A stretch of DNA of 33,672 nt, from contig NC_069006.1 of assembly GCF_001194135.2 (NCBI RefSeq), forward strand, positions 13,334,828 through 13,368,499. Direction: 5' to 3'. The stretch is from Octopus bimaculoides (taxonomy: Eukaryota). Under the pieces are notes generated by a model. That model saw only the letters and a program-made list of their open reading frames with translations, was not told where the DNA came from and did no database searches. The translations under genes and the position numbers were made by a program. Of this stretch, positions 11,040 through 22,149 are shown piece by piece. The number at the start of each line of letters is the position of its first letter. Positions within the stretch are counted from its first letter, which is position 1.

Positions 11040-11110
11040 TTTCTTTTAAACAGATAAGATTTGGCTGCTGTTTTTAGCAGATCAAGAGACCATGTAGAGG
11101 CTCCCGAGTT
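11040..11110 (-). mobile_element. Family D head
   Basis: Minus strand GGGAGCCTCTACATGGTCTCTTGATCTGCTAAAAACAGCAGCCAAATC. Confidence 0.75.
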
Positions 11111-11454
11111 GGTTAATAAATGTCTTGCGGTATTTTAATCAGGTCACCTATTTAGGGATTCTACCCAGGTTCATTTGCTTCTCATTACTCTAGAATTGAC
11201 AAGCTAGTGAACCCTGGACCCCCGTAAAAGAAGAAATTTGGCCAGGTATCTTGTCAAATAATGACTTTCAACTTCAACAAAGTTGGCTCACATTTTGCTA
11301 TTAAGTTTCCATACAGAAAACGTCCCTGGGTACTCATTTGCTACCAAATGTCCAATACATATTTCTCTGGTCATCTAAGATTTGGAGGAACTTTGACAAA
11401 ATCTAAATAAATCCAAAACAGAGCGGAGTCATTACTGGGATGCCAGTTAATTAG

Positions 11455-11881
11455 GTGGAGATGCAGCTGTGTGGTAAGAAGCTTGGTTCCCAACCACATG
11501 GTTCTGGGTTCAGTCCCACTGCTTGGCACCTAGGGCAAGTGTCTTCTACTGTAGCCCCAGACTGACCAAAGCTTTGTGAGTGGATTTGGTAGATGGAAAC
11601 TGAAATAAATTTACCCCAGTATTTATTGAAAAAAGCCTGTTGTGTGTGTGTGTGTGTTAGTATCTTCTTGTCTTGACATCATGCAATAGTTGTAAATGAG
11701 CTTCACTGTTATACAAGCAGTGTCATTCATTTTCAATATTCTACAAGAACAAGTCTGGCCATGGGAAAATATTACCTTTCCACGAAATAGGGGAGGGTTG
11801 GCAACAGGAAGAGTGCCTGGCTATAGAAAATCTACCCCGTCCGACCCATGCAAGTATAGAAAAGCAGATGATGATGATGAT
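11455..11881 (+). mobile_element. SINE with family A head/CORE-like domain and an RTE-type 3' tail
   Basis: A-box-like CAGCTGTGTGG, B-box-like GGTTCAGTCCC, CACCTAGGGCAAGTGTCTTC. Ends GGTTGGCAACAGGAAG..ACCCATGCAAGTATAGAAAAGCA(GAT)n. Confidence 0.8.
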
Positions 11882-12171
11882 AAACCTGCCGGATATTTCT
11901 ACAAGGAATATTCTTGTAGATAATCATGGTTCTCATCTCTGAAGGTGTAATTATAATAGATGAGGGGTTTTTTTTGCATTGATTTACATCAAACATTACA
12001 AATCACCTACTTTATTAACATTAAAAGCACTAGTGACCCATTTTAATTAACATTAAAGTAAATAACTAACAGTTAATTAAGCCAGTGACCAGGTGCAAAG
12101 CATGACTGCCACTATGTTTTGGATTTCCTCTCAAAATAGAAAAGCTTCAACTTTTAAACAAACTCTTTCAG

Positions 12172-12207
12172 TAGATTTGTCAGAAACTCTGGGACATCCA
12201 CAAATAC
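12172..12207 (+). other. Candidate 36-nt internal exon
   Basis: AACTCTTTCAG| acceptor and AC|GTAAGT donor. Open frame (x)DLSETLGHPQI. No partner exons identified. Confidence 0.25.
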
Positions 12208-13049
12208 GTAAGTCCATATATATATATATATATNNNNNNNNNNNNNNNNNNNNNNNNNNNNNNNNNNNNNNNNNNNNNNNNNNNNNNNNNNNNNNNNNNN
12301 NNNNNNNNNNNNNNNNNNNNNNNNNNNNNNNNNACTGAACCTGGAACCATGTGGTTCGTAAGCAAGCTACTAACCACACAGCCTCTCCTAACCAGCTGAA
12401 ATTGCACAGATAATCTGTATCTCGACTGAAGAGAAAAAACTCCGAATGACCTGTCCGTGTTTTCTTTGTATCGTCTATCTGTATGTTTTGTCCCTTTCTT
12501 GTATCACCTGTCTGGATGTTTTGCGTCCTTGTTCCATTCTGTATTATTTACACACACACACACAAGAAAGAAAAAAAGTTGAATAGAAATGGCTTTTCTG
12601 ATCCTTTTCTAAGTACTTAAGTGGAAATATTATCGGAAAAGCCGTTTCTATTCATTTCTTCCCCATATAAAATACAGTACTAAGGGCTTCCTATTTCTTG
12701 TTCTGCTAAATAAAGAATATGGAGACAGGAAGGGACATCATCAAATTTTTCTATTAATTCTACAGTTGGTCATACAGCATAACTAATTGGCTGATTGTAA
12801 AATTAAAAGAAAAATATGATGGTGTTACAGTTTCCATATTCTTTGTAACTGTTTGAAGTTTACATTGCTGATAATATTCATATTCCAGAGAAATGAACCT
12901 GGAGTTGCTCATCGGAAGAATTACAGTGGGATTGCTAACACAAAGCAATCATTGATGCTTATCACTACTTGATGCAGCTAGTTGTAACCTGGAATATACC
13001 TGAGGGCTACCACGGTTCCTGCATGGATAATTTATCCCTATACACTCAC

Positions 13050-13092
<43 letters not shown>

Positions 13093-13468
13093 TATATAAT
13101 ATATAATNNNNNNNNNNNNNNNNNNNNNNNNNNNNNNNNNNNNNNNNNNNNNNNNNNNNNNNNNNNNNNNNNNNNNNNNNNNNNNNNNNNNNNNNNNNNN
13201 NNNNNNNNNNNNNNNNNNNNNNNNNNNNNNNNNNNNNNNNNNNNNNNNNNNNNNNNNNNNNNNNNNNNNNNNNNNNNNNNNNNNNNNNNNNNNNNNNNNN
13301 NNNNNNNNNNNNNNNNNNNNNNNNNNNNNNNNNNNNNNNNNNNNNNNNNNNNNNNNNNNNNNNNNNNNNNNNNNNNNNNNNNNNNNNNNNNNNNNNNNNN
13401 NNNNNNNNNNNNNNNNNNNNNNNNNNNNNNNNNNNNNNNNNNNNNNNNNNNNNNNNNNNNTATATATG

Positions 13469-13516
<48 letters not shown>

Positions 13517-13523
13517 CATATGT

Positions 13524-13856
13524 TCTTTTATTCTTTTACTTGTTTCAGTCATCTGACTGCGGCCATGCTGGAGCACCACTCTTAGTCGAACAAACCGACA
13601 CCAGGACTTCTTTGTAAGCCTAGTACTTATTCTCTCAGTCTCCTTTGCTAAACCACCAAGTTACGGAGACGTAAACACACCAACATCAGTTAAGCAATGG
13701 TGAGGGGAGGGAAGAAACAGACACAAATATATGTGTTTGTGTGTGTGTGTGTGTGTATGTATATATATATACATATACACATACATACATACATACATAT
13801 ATATATACATACATATATATATATACACATACATACATATATATATATACACATAC

Positions 13857-13887
<31 letters not shown>

Positions 13888-14002
13888 CATATATACATAC
13901 ATACATATATATATACACATATATATATACATATATATATATACATATATACATACATACATATATATATATACACACATATATATATATATATACACAT
14001 AC

Positions 14003-14033
<31 letters not shown>

Positions 14034-14370
14034 CATATATANNNNNNNNNNNNNNNNNNNNNNNNNNNNNNNNNNNNNNNNNNNNNNNNNNNNNNNNNNN
14101 NNNNNNNNNNNNNNNNNNNNNNNNNNNNNNNNNNNNNNNNNNNNNNNNNNNNNNNNNNNNNNNNNNNNNNNNNNNNNNNNNNNNNNNNNNNNNNNNNNNN
14201 NNNNNNNNNNNNNNNNNNNNNNNNNNNNNNNNNNNNNNNNNNNNNNNNNNNNNNNNNNNNNNNNNNNNNNNNNNNNNNNNNNNNNNNNNNNNNNNNNNNN
14301 NNNNNNNNNNNNNNNNNNNNNNNNNNNNNNNNNNNNNNNNNNNNNNNNNNNNNNNNNNNNNNNNNNNNNN

Positions 14371-14425
<55 letters not shown>

Positions 14426-14512
14426 CACACATATATACACACATATATGTACAATGGGCTTCTTTCAGTTTCCGTGAACCAAATCCACTCAAGACGTTTG
14501 CCCAAGGTGCCA
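13524..14512 (-). mobile_element. SINE family A copy with a greatly expanded internal (AT/AC)n microsatellite
   Basis: 3' half at 13524-13730, CORE-like part at 14453-14512, microsatellite (partly N) between them. Confidence 0.8.
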
Positions 14513-14852
14513 GGCTCCCATGCCAGTGGCATGTAAAAAGCACCATTTGAGTGTGGTTGTTGCCAGTACCGCCTGACTGGCTCCGGTGCTAGTGGCACTA
14601 AAAAGCACCCACTACACTCTTGGAGTGCTTGGTCCAGCTGTAGAAATATATATATATATAATACACACACACACACACACATAAATGTATACTCAGTCAT
14701 TTGACAACGGCCATGCTGGTGCATCATCAAAGGATTTAGTTGAACAAATCTTCTTGGTAAAGCTTAATACTTATTCTAACAGCTTCTTTCTACTGCACCA
14801 CTAAATTATAAATTAAAAACACACACATAAATAATGTTTTTTTCTGTCTCAT

Positions 14853-15207
14853 TGTGGCTGTATGTTAAGAAACTTGCTTCCAGGTTCATTGCCAGTGTGG
14901 CACCTTGGGCAAATGTCTTCTACTATAGTTTTGGACCGACCAAAGCCTTGTCAGTGGATTTGGTAGAAACTTAAATAAACCCGTCACACACATATATAAA
15001 TATATATGGGGGAGGTTGTTCCCCCACTACCGCTTGACAACCAGTGTTGGTGTGTTTACGTCCTCGTAACTTAGAGGTTCGGCAAAAGAGATCGATAGAA
15101 TAAGTACCAGGATTTTTAAAAAGTACTAGGGCAGGGCCAATTCGACTAAAAATTCTTCAAGGTGTGCCCCAGTATGGCCACAGTCTAGTGACTGAATCAA
15201 GTAAAGG
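14853..15207 (+). mobile_element. SINE family A, near full length
   Basis: GTGGCTGTATGTTAAG..GTGGCACCTTGGGCAAATGTCTTCTACTATAG..CCAGTATGGCCACAGTCTAGTGACTGAA. Confidence 0.85.
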
Positions 15208-15677
15208 ACGCGCACGCGTGCGTCAGTGTGTGTGTGTGTGTGTGCGTGTGTTCATAGGATCATACATATACCTCGCCCACGTCAGCAAGTGTCATCACAG
15301 CGTTGACAGATGGCGATATATCTCTACCTTAACCATTTCGTATGTCCCAGGCAAGCATGGAAAAGTAGACATTAAAACGACGATAACAATGATTATATTA
15401 AACACATACAAGTCTCTAAAACGCTTCCATCAATCAAATTCCACACGCAGGTAACACTTGCTGACGTGGGCACGGTACATGGTGCCACATGGTTGATAAT
15501 CCATGTTTACATCACGTACAGTGAATTACATGGGTCACAATTTATAGGCTATACACCTCTTGTAAAATGTATATCATAGTACATGCATATATAACAAAGT
15601 ACTTGGTAAAATAAAGATTTACCGTATACTCTATAATCTATGTTTGGTCTTAACCTAATGCTTCATTCACATTTATA

Positions 15678-15719
<42 letters not shown>

Positions 15720-15748
15720 CACACGTGAGTGTGTTACATAATTTATGT

Positions 15749-15838
<90 letters not shown>

Positions 15839-16204
15839 TACACATGAAATGTACTGAAGTTTTATATATACTTTTAACTGCCAAGTCACACATATCTAGG
15901 TCTGGTGCGTGTTTGTGTGTATGTGTATGTGTGTGCACATGCGTTTATATAGATGTGTGTGTGTGTGTGCGTGTAACGAAAGAATTAAGAAATGCAAAAA
16001 TGCACCACCACGTCAACATATTTGGTATAGTCGGCCAGAAACTATATTTGGGGAATTAGTGGTAGGGATCGAGACGGGAAAATAAATAAATAGCAAGAGA
16101 GTGAGAGAGAGGGTTTCCAAGAGAAAAAGAAGGCCAACTGCTGTTAAAATTGTTGACGTGTCCATCGCGAGTATGACAAGTTGCTAAGTCTTGCTTAGTT
16201 GGCA

Positions 16205-16300
16205 CTACTCAGGGTGGCGAAGGAGGCGGTGACGGTGAGGGTGGCGACGGCGGCGATGTCGTGGTGGTAGTGGTGGTGGTGGTGGTGGTGACGGTGGGAT
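16205..16300. repeat. GC-rich cryptic trinucleotide tract, (GGT)n/(GGC)n
   Basis: GGTGGCGAAGGAGGCGGTGACGGTGAGGGTGGCGACGGCGGCGATGTC(GTG)n. Confidence 0.8.
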
Positions 16301-16412
16301 TTTGAGGGCAACTGACTTCTTCGCACAACTTGGCATTTTGGCACACACCATCGCATTCGTGTGTGTGCGTGCGTGTATGTATGTATATATATATATATAT
16401 ATATATAACCAG

Positions 16413-16443
<31 letters not shown>

Positions 16444-16491
16444 CATACATACACACACACACACAACACACATACATATATGTTAGTGTGT

Positions 16492-16527
<36 letters not shown>

Positions 16528-17404
16528 CCATCGAGACATTTATATGTAGGTATACATCATGCACATACGTTCGTTCTGCAGACGTCCAGAGAAAAAGATC
16601 TTGTGATACAAATATTCAGTAATACACAGTAAATGCAAGAGATAATTATCTTTCTTATAAAGTAACATAAATACATACGTATATATATATATATATATAC
16701 ATACATACATATACACACACACATCGACACGTATATATAGTAGTAACATCAACACGATTAGGCGCTCACGAAGGTAGACACGTATGTGTATATTATGTAT
16801 ACATCGACACAAATACATAACCAGACACGTATGCAGAGGCAGATAAAGGCAGGATCACATATACACATCGATATACATCGGGAACAAGCTCTTAGCTACA
16901 CATACACACAGTCACTGATCATGCATACATACATACATATTGTACCAAGATACGTTTTTGCACATAGAAACAGATATGTGCGTGTGTACAAGTATATCAT
17001 TAAATTAGGAACAAATATGTCCCACTAAGTCCAGTGATTTTCTTTTTTAACGGATGTGGTGAGAAGATAAACTTGTGTAATATAAAATTACTGACACCTA
17101 CACACAGGTACTTACCTCCTCCCAACATCCGTTATATATATATATATATATTAGATAGATAGATATAAACATACCATATATACAATTATACACGTATGTC
17201 CTACCAAATTAATAATTATTTAGGTATATATATATATATATATATAGATATCAAAGCTCTTCAATTAAAAAAAGCAAGATCATCATCATATAATTATATA
17301 CACACACATCTAACACACGAAGACTATTATCTGAGATACGATCCTCCTATACACACCTATATCCATCTTAACAAGTCTATATATATATATATATATATAC
17401 TCAC

Positions 17405-17480
17405 TGTACTGCGTCCGTAAGAAATCCGTCCTAAATATGTTATTTTACCCGCTTAGCCTCCACCTTGGTTCGCCTTCGTT
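17405..17480 (-). other. Candidate 76-nt internal exon, probably 5' UTR
   Basis: Acceptor TTTATTGTATTTGTTTACAG| and donor ACA|GTGAGT. No ATG, stops in all three frames. Confidence 0.5.
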
Positions 17481-18963
17481 CTGTAAACAAATACAATAAA
17501 CAGATTTAATTTAAAAAAATACACGTTTACATTTGCCCTAATAACATCAAATTAAACATGATTACGAAATAACGATATCAACAAAAATGGGATAGTTAAT
17601 TAAGGGACGTGTATGTATAAAATATATATATATATGTATGTATACATATATATAGGAAAGTGGTGGTGATTTCGTAAAAGGGACTCCAGATATGAATGAA
17701 AAAATACATTCAAGCATTAATTATCTTCTTTTTTTTTTCCGTATTACAAACTAACAGACAGACAGACAGACCAACTAATGAATGGAGACAACAAGCGAGC
17801 AAGTGGTTAATTTAATTATAAGGTTAAATTAAACGACAGTGCGTCCAGATAAAAGAGCAGATCATTACCCACCCCTTTTCGCGTGTCTAAATGTGGTTCT
17901 ACTAAAAACACAGGTAGTGTACAGAAGACACAACCTTTATCTATCATATATATATATATATATATATTTATAATCACGAAATAAGGGCAAAGGTCATTAA
18001 AAAAATCTCAATTTCATGTGATTATAGAGAATGGGAGAAAGGAACGAAAGATAATAGACCCTAGTCAAGTTACATGGCAAACAATCTGACTAAATTAAAA
18101 CAATGTTGCATATCTTTACATATACATATATACATACAACAATCAGCCGAAATATTTATTTAAGGCATTACAAGACTGACATACGGCTTATTGGCCAACA
18201 TATTTTGAAGGAGAAACGACAGATTGTGAGGGGAAAATGATGTTGAACACATCCAAAAATAACGATACTAAGAATTTTAAATATATAGATATATATATAT
18301 GTATTTAAAGTATAGGAAACGACTGTCTGAGAACGATTTGTGAACATCTAGAATTAGACACGAAAGAATCTGGTAGGTTACATTAATACAATTATACAAT
18401 CAATGTAACATTTCACATGTGATCACTACGTGGATGGCTTTCAAAGCTGAACACACACACACAGGCATGTACATACATATATAGGTATGTCTATATATGT
18501 GTATATACGCATGTACATATTATATATTATACAAACTATATATGTATACATACATATTATATATATACACACACACACAAACTACATACATGTATCTATA
18601 CATGTCAGTGTATATGTGTATAAACTAGATCGTTATTTTTTTTTTCTTCTTCTTCGGGCTTCTTGTAAGCCATACACGTATACAGAAAAACTAGGAGAGG
18701 GACAAGAGCAGTAGAAGAGAAACGTCAGATGATGATTAAAGGGAGGGAGATGGTTAGACGGGAAGCGATCTCCCGTCAATGAGAAAAGCGATCGTTAGAT
18801 GAGTCAATAGAAATGAAAAGAAAAAGAGAAAAAAAGCTAGAGGAAACAATGGCAGAGACATTATTAGAGAAAATGGTGACGAATGTTAAAAATCAAAGAA
18901 ATTGGAAGTACGGTGAGCAAAGTGTTTTCCCTACCAGCAGGCAACAATAGCTACCGTCCAACG

Positions 18964-19078
18964 TTTTATACGTACCCCGGTTAGAAAGAGAACAGACTCT
19001 CTCCGCCTGCGCACATGTTATTACACTCAGATACGAATGAAAGGGTCTTCTGATTGGCTAATGCAATCACCTACGTCA
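18964..19078 (-). promoter_or_regulatory. TATA + CCAAT + CRE-like core promoter (minus strand)
   Basis: TATAAAA at 18970-18964, AGCCAATCA at 19059-19051, TGACGT at 19078-19073, GGCGGAG/TGCGCA near 19001-19013. Confidence 0.5.
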
Positions 19079-19445
19079 TAATAGTGTGTATATATATACA
19101 TGTATATATTATATATGTGTATGTATGTGTGTATGTATGTATATATATATGTGTGTGTGTATGTATATCTATGTGTATATATTTATATATACATACAGCA
19201 ATGTGTGTGCCAAATATGTGTATTGGTATGGCTTTCCCTTGGTAAATCCCCTCTCTCTCTCTCCTCACGCCACACAAATGCTTATTTTATTTTTTTTTTT
19301 TTTTTTTNNNNNNNNNNTTTTTTTTTTTTTTTTTTAGTCGTATAAAATGTCTCGTAGATGGCTGCTTGCATCAAGAATTGACCCCTTTTTTCCCGATATT
19401 TTTCCCCCCAGAAGAGAAAGTAACAAACAAGGTAACAGAAACTTT

Positions 19446-19456
19446 CAGCCAATCAG
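19446..19456 (+). promoter_or_regulatory. CCAAT box (NF-Y consensus), plus orientation
   Basis: CAGCCAATCAG. Confidence 0.4.
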
Positions 19457-20138
19457 TGAAGCCGTAACATAAACGCTCGTGTCGCTATGGCAAGATATTT
19501 TTTTCTTATGACTGATTCTCGTTCTCAAAGTTTGAGTCAATAATAATTACCATTATATTTTAGTTCTTCTAGGAAGGCACCGAACAAAATTTAAAAAAAA
19601 GCAAGAAACATTAACTGTAAAATACATCAAAGTCTAATGTACTATATACATATATGTGTGTGTGTGTTACATATTCTATATATATATATATATATATATT
19701 AGACGTGTGTGTTCTTGAGAAACTATTTCCTCTATTATTGGAGCAAAAGAGGCCGCCGTCTCCTCTGTGTTGACGTCCACATTTGCTAGGAGCCACGTGT
19801 GACAAAGACTTGCTAGAGTGTCAGAAGAAATGGGTAAAGCAAATAAATAAATAAAAAATATCTTGACAGTTTAGCACAATGAGAGAACGAGGGGGAGCGG
19901 TGAGTGAGTGTAGACACACACACACACACACACAGAGCCATCACCACCTCACATATTGGGGCGGAGACGGAGAAAAAGAAATACTCTTTTAATAACGAAA
20001 AGGACTTGATCGATTCTGTTTGTTTGGTGTTTGCCGATTTGATTAATACAGTTACTGATCTTTGATAAACTTAGACAGACACACACAAATATATAAATAT
20101 ACATGTGTGTCTATGTATATATAATTATATATGTATAC

Positions 20139-20171
<33 letters not shown>

Positions 20172-20619
20172 CAAACAGACAGACAGACAGACTGACAGAC
20201 AGAGCTTTATATACTAACAAATGTACGTATATAAAAAAACTATATATATACACACACACATTCATACACGCACCCAATAGGTATGTGACATGGGTAAATA
20301 TTTAGGTAGCAGAACTTAAATTGTCAACGGAAGGTTTTATCACAATGAAACTATTTCTCAAAAAAATACTTTTGTGAGCAAAATATATTTACTTACATAA
20401 ATATATATTCTCATTTCGCTTATTGTCTGCTTTTTCATGTTGACATGGCATGGACGGAGACGTACTTAAAAGACAGGATTTTACACCCGGACGCTCTTCC
20501 TATTACCAACTCTCATTGTTCTAGTGCGAGATTTCCTATTCCACACGTTTTGAAAACCCAAAACGACTGAGTATAATGCCAACATTTACACACACATTAA
20601 ATTATATATACAATCGCCC

Positions 20620-20947
20620 TGTGACACTTCTGGCAAGTGTCTGCTACAAAAGCCACGGGCTAAGGCCTTGTGAATTCATTTGGTAGATGGAAACTGAAAG
20701 AAGCCTTTTGTGTGTATATATATGTGTGTCTTCGTTCTATGTTTTCCTTAACCACTGCTTGACAGCAGGTGTTGGTGTGTTTACATCCTCGTAATGTAGC
20801 GGTTCGGCAAAACAGACCAATAGAATAAGTACAAGGTTTTTAGAAATAAATACTAGGGTTTATTTGTACTAAAAATTCTTCATGGCAGTACTCCAGCATG
20901 GCCATAGTCTAATGAATGAAACGAGTAAAAGAAAAAGAAAAAAAAAA
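20620..20947 (+). mobile_element. SINE family A, 5'-truncated
   Basis: GGCAAGTGTC..TTTGGTAGATGGAAACTGAAAGAAGCC..CTCCAGCATGGCC..A-rich tail. Confidence 0.85.
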
Positions 20948-21235
20948 GCAAAGATATAGTCATCATTGAATGTCTGTTTTCCATGCTGGCATGGGTTGGA
21001 CAGTTTGACAGGATGTGATGGGCTGCCTCAAATTCCATTGTCTGTTTTGGCATCGTTTCTACAGCTTACAGAGTGAGAGTGCGTGCTTATTATGTGGCAC
21101 CGATACCAATAAGATCACCAAGTAATAGGTAAGACAAGAACAAAGCTGTCTTGCTATAAAAGAGGTACATGGCTACCCTGCATTAAATATTATTTAATAG
21201 GCAGGAGTAGCTGAAAAGAAGATAAAAATCTTCAT

Positions 21236-22140
21236 ACTCCTCAACATTTAACGTCTGTTCTCCATGCTAGAATGGCTTGACTGGCTTGACAGGAACTGGC
21301 AAGACCAGGGGTCACACCAAGTTCCATTGCCTGTTTCGGTTTGGTTTCTACAGCTGGGTGCCCTTGTAATGCCAACCACTCCATGAAGTGTACTGGGTGC
21401 TTTTATGTAGCACCATTACCAGTGCTTTTTACATGGCACCAGCACCCACACTAATGCTTTTTACGTGGCACCTTGGTTTTAGGATCTCAATTCTGTTGTG
21501 GTGGGCAGGTCTTCTTGAGAACAGCAATGTGCAACATGTCTTGATCCTCTGTCATCTCCTTCATAAGGTTTAGCATTTTGAGATCAGCCTTCAGTACTTC
21601 GTCCCATGTTTTCCTGGGTCTCCCTCTTTCACAACTCGTCCCCACTTTAAGTGATTGGCAATTCTTTATGCAACTTTCCTCATCCATCTGCATCACATGA
21701 CCAAGCCAGTGCAGCCTCCTCTCTTGCATACAGCATATAATTCCTCTTATGCCCAATTTCTCTCTCAATACACCAATGCTCTGTTGCACATGCACACTGA
21801 CATCTTACTCTAATGGAGCATACCAGCTTTGTTTCTCTCTAACCTTTGCATGTCCCCTATATTTAGGGACCATGTCTCACTACCATACAGCATCGCAGTT
21901 TGTACCCATGCATCATACAATCTTCCCTTCACTTGAAGAGAGAAACTGTTGGTTGCCAACAGAGGTAAAAGCTCTCTCAACTTTCTCCATTCTTTTCATA
22001 CTCTTGAAATTACACTTTCAATTACACAGCTAATTAAGTAGCAAAAATTATCTATAACTTCCAGAGGGCCACCGGGACATTTAAGGAAATTCGTTTCCTG
22101 TGAAATGGTGGTGACAATTTGTGAAAGCATCTCTAGATAG
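21236..22140 (-). mobile_element. Decayed RTE LINE: ORF2 C-terminal part, 3' UTR and tail
   Basis: LEVIDNFCYL; GIRGI..MQERRLHWLGHVMQMDEESC..RGRPRKTWDEVLKADL (RRLRW.GHV / GRPRKTW motifs). Tail at ~21240. A second tail fragment lies at ~20958-21100. Confidence 0.85.
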
Positions 22141-22149
22141 GAAAAACAA

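Larger units (their letters stand above)
15040..20620. promoter_or_regulatory. CpG-retaining, promoter-like domain 2
   Basis: CG is frequent in unique sequence throughout and depleted beyond ~20.7 kb. Contains the motif cluster at 18964-19456. Confidence 0.55.

Noticed and set aside
12421-12460. CTGAAGA..CTCCGAAT..GTC hammerhead-like string (similar CGACTGAAGAG on minus near 6050)
   Set aside because: GAAA is mutated, stem I register does not work, and no second copy supports a reconstruction.
13046-14730. Long ORFs rich in YI/HT/CV dipeptides (also 1674, 2340-2751, 6812, 15678-16059, 16786, 19054-19345, 26413-27323, 29499-29855)
   Set aside because: Translations of (AT)n/(CA)n/(TATG)n microsatellites and N gaps, which contain no stop codons.
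20451-20460. TGGACGGAGA, equal to the first 10 nt of miR-184
   Set aside because: The remainder of the mature sequence does not match, and there is no complementary arm or hairpin.
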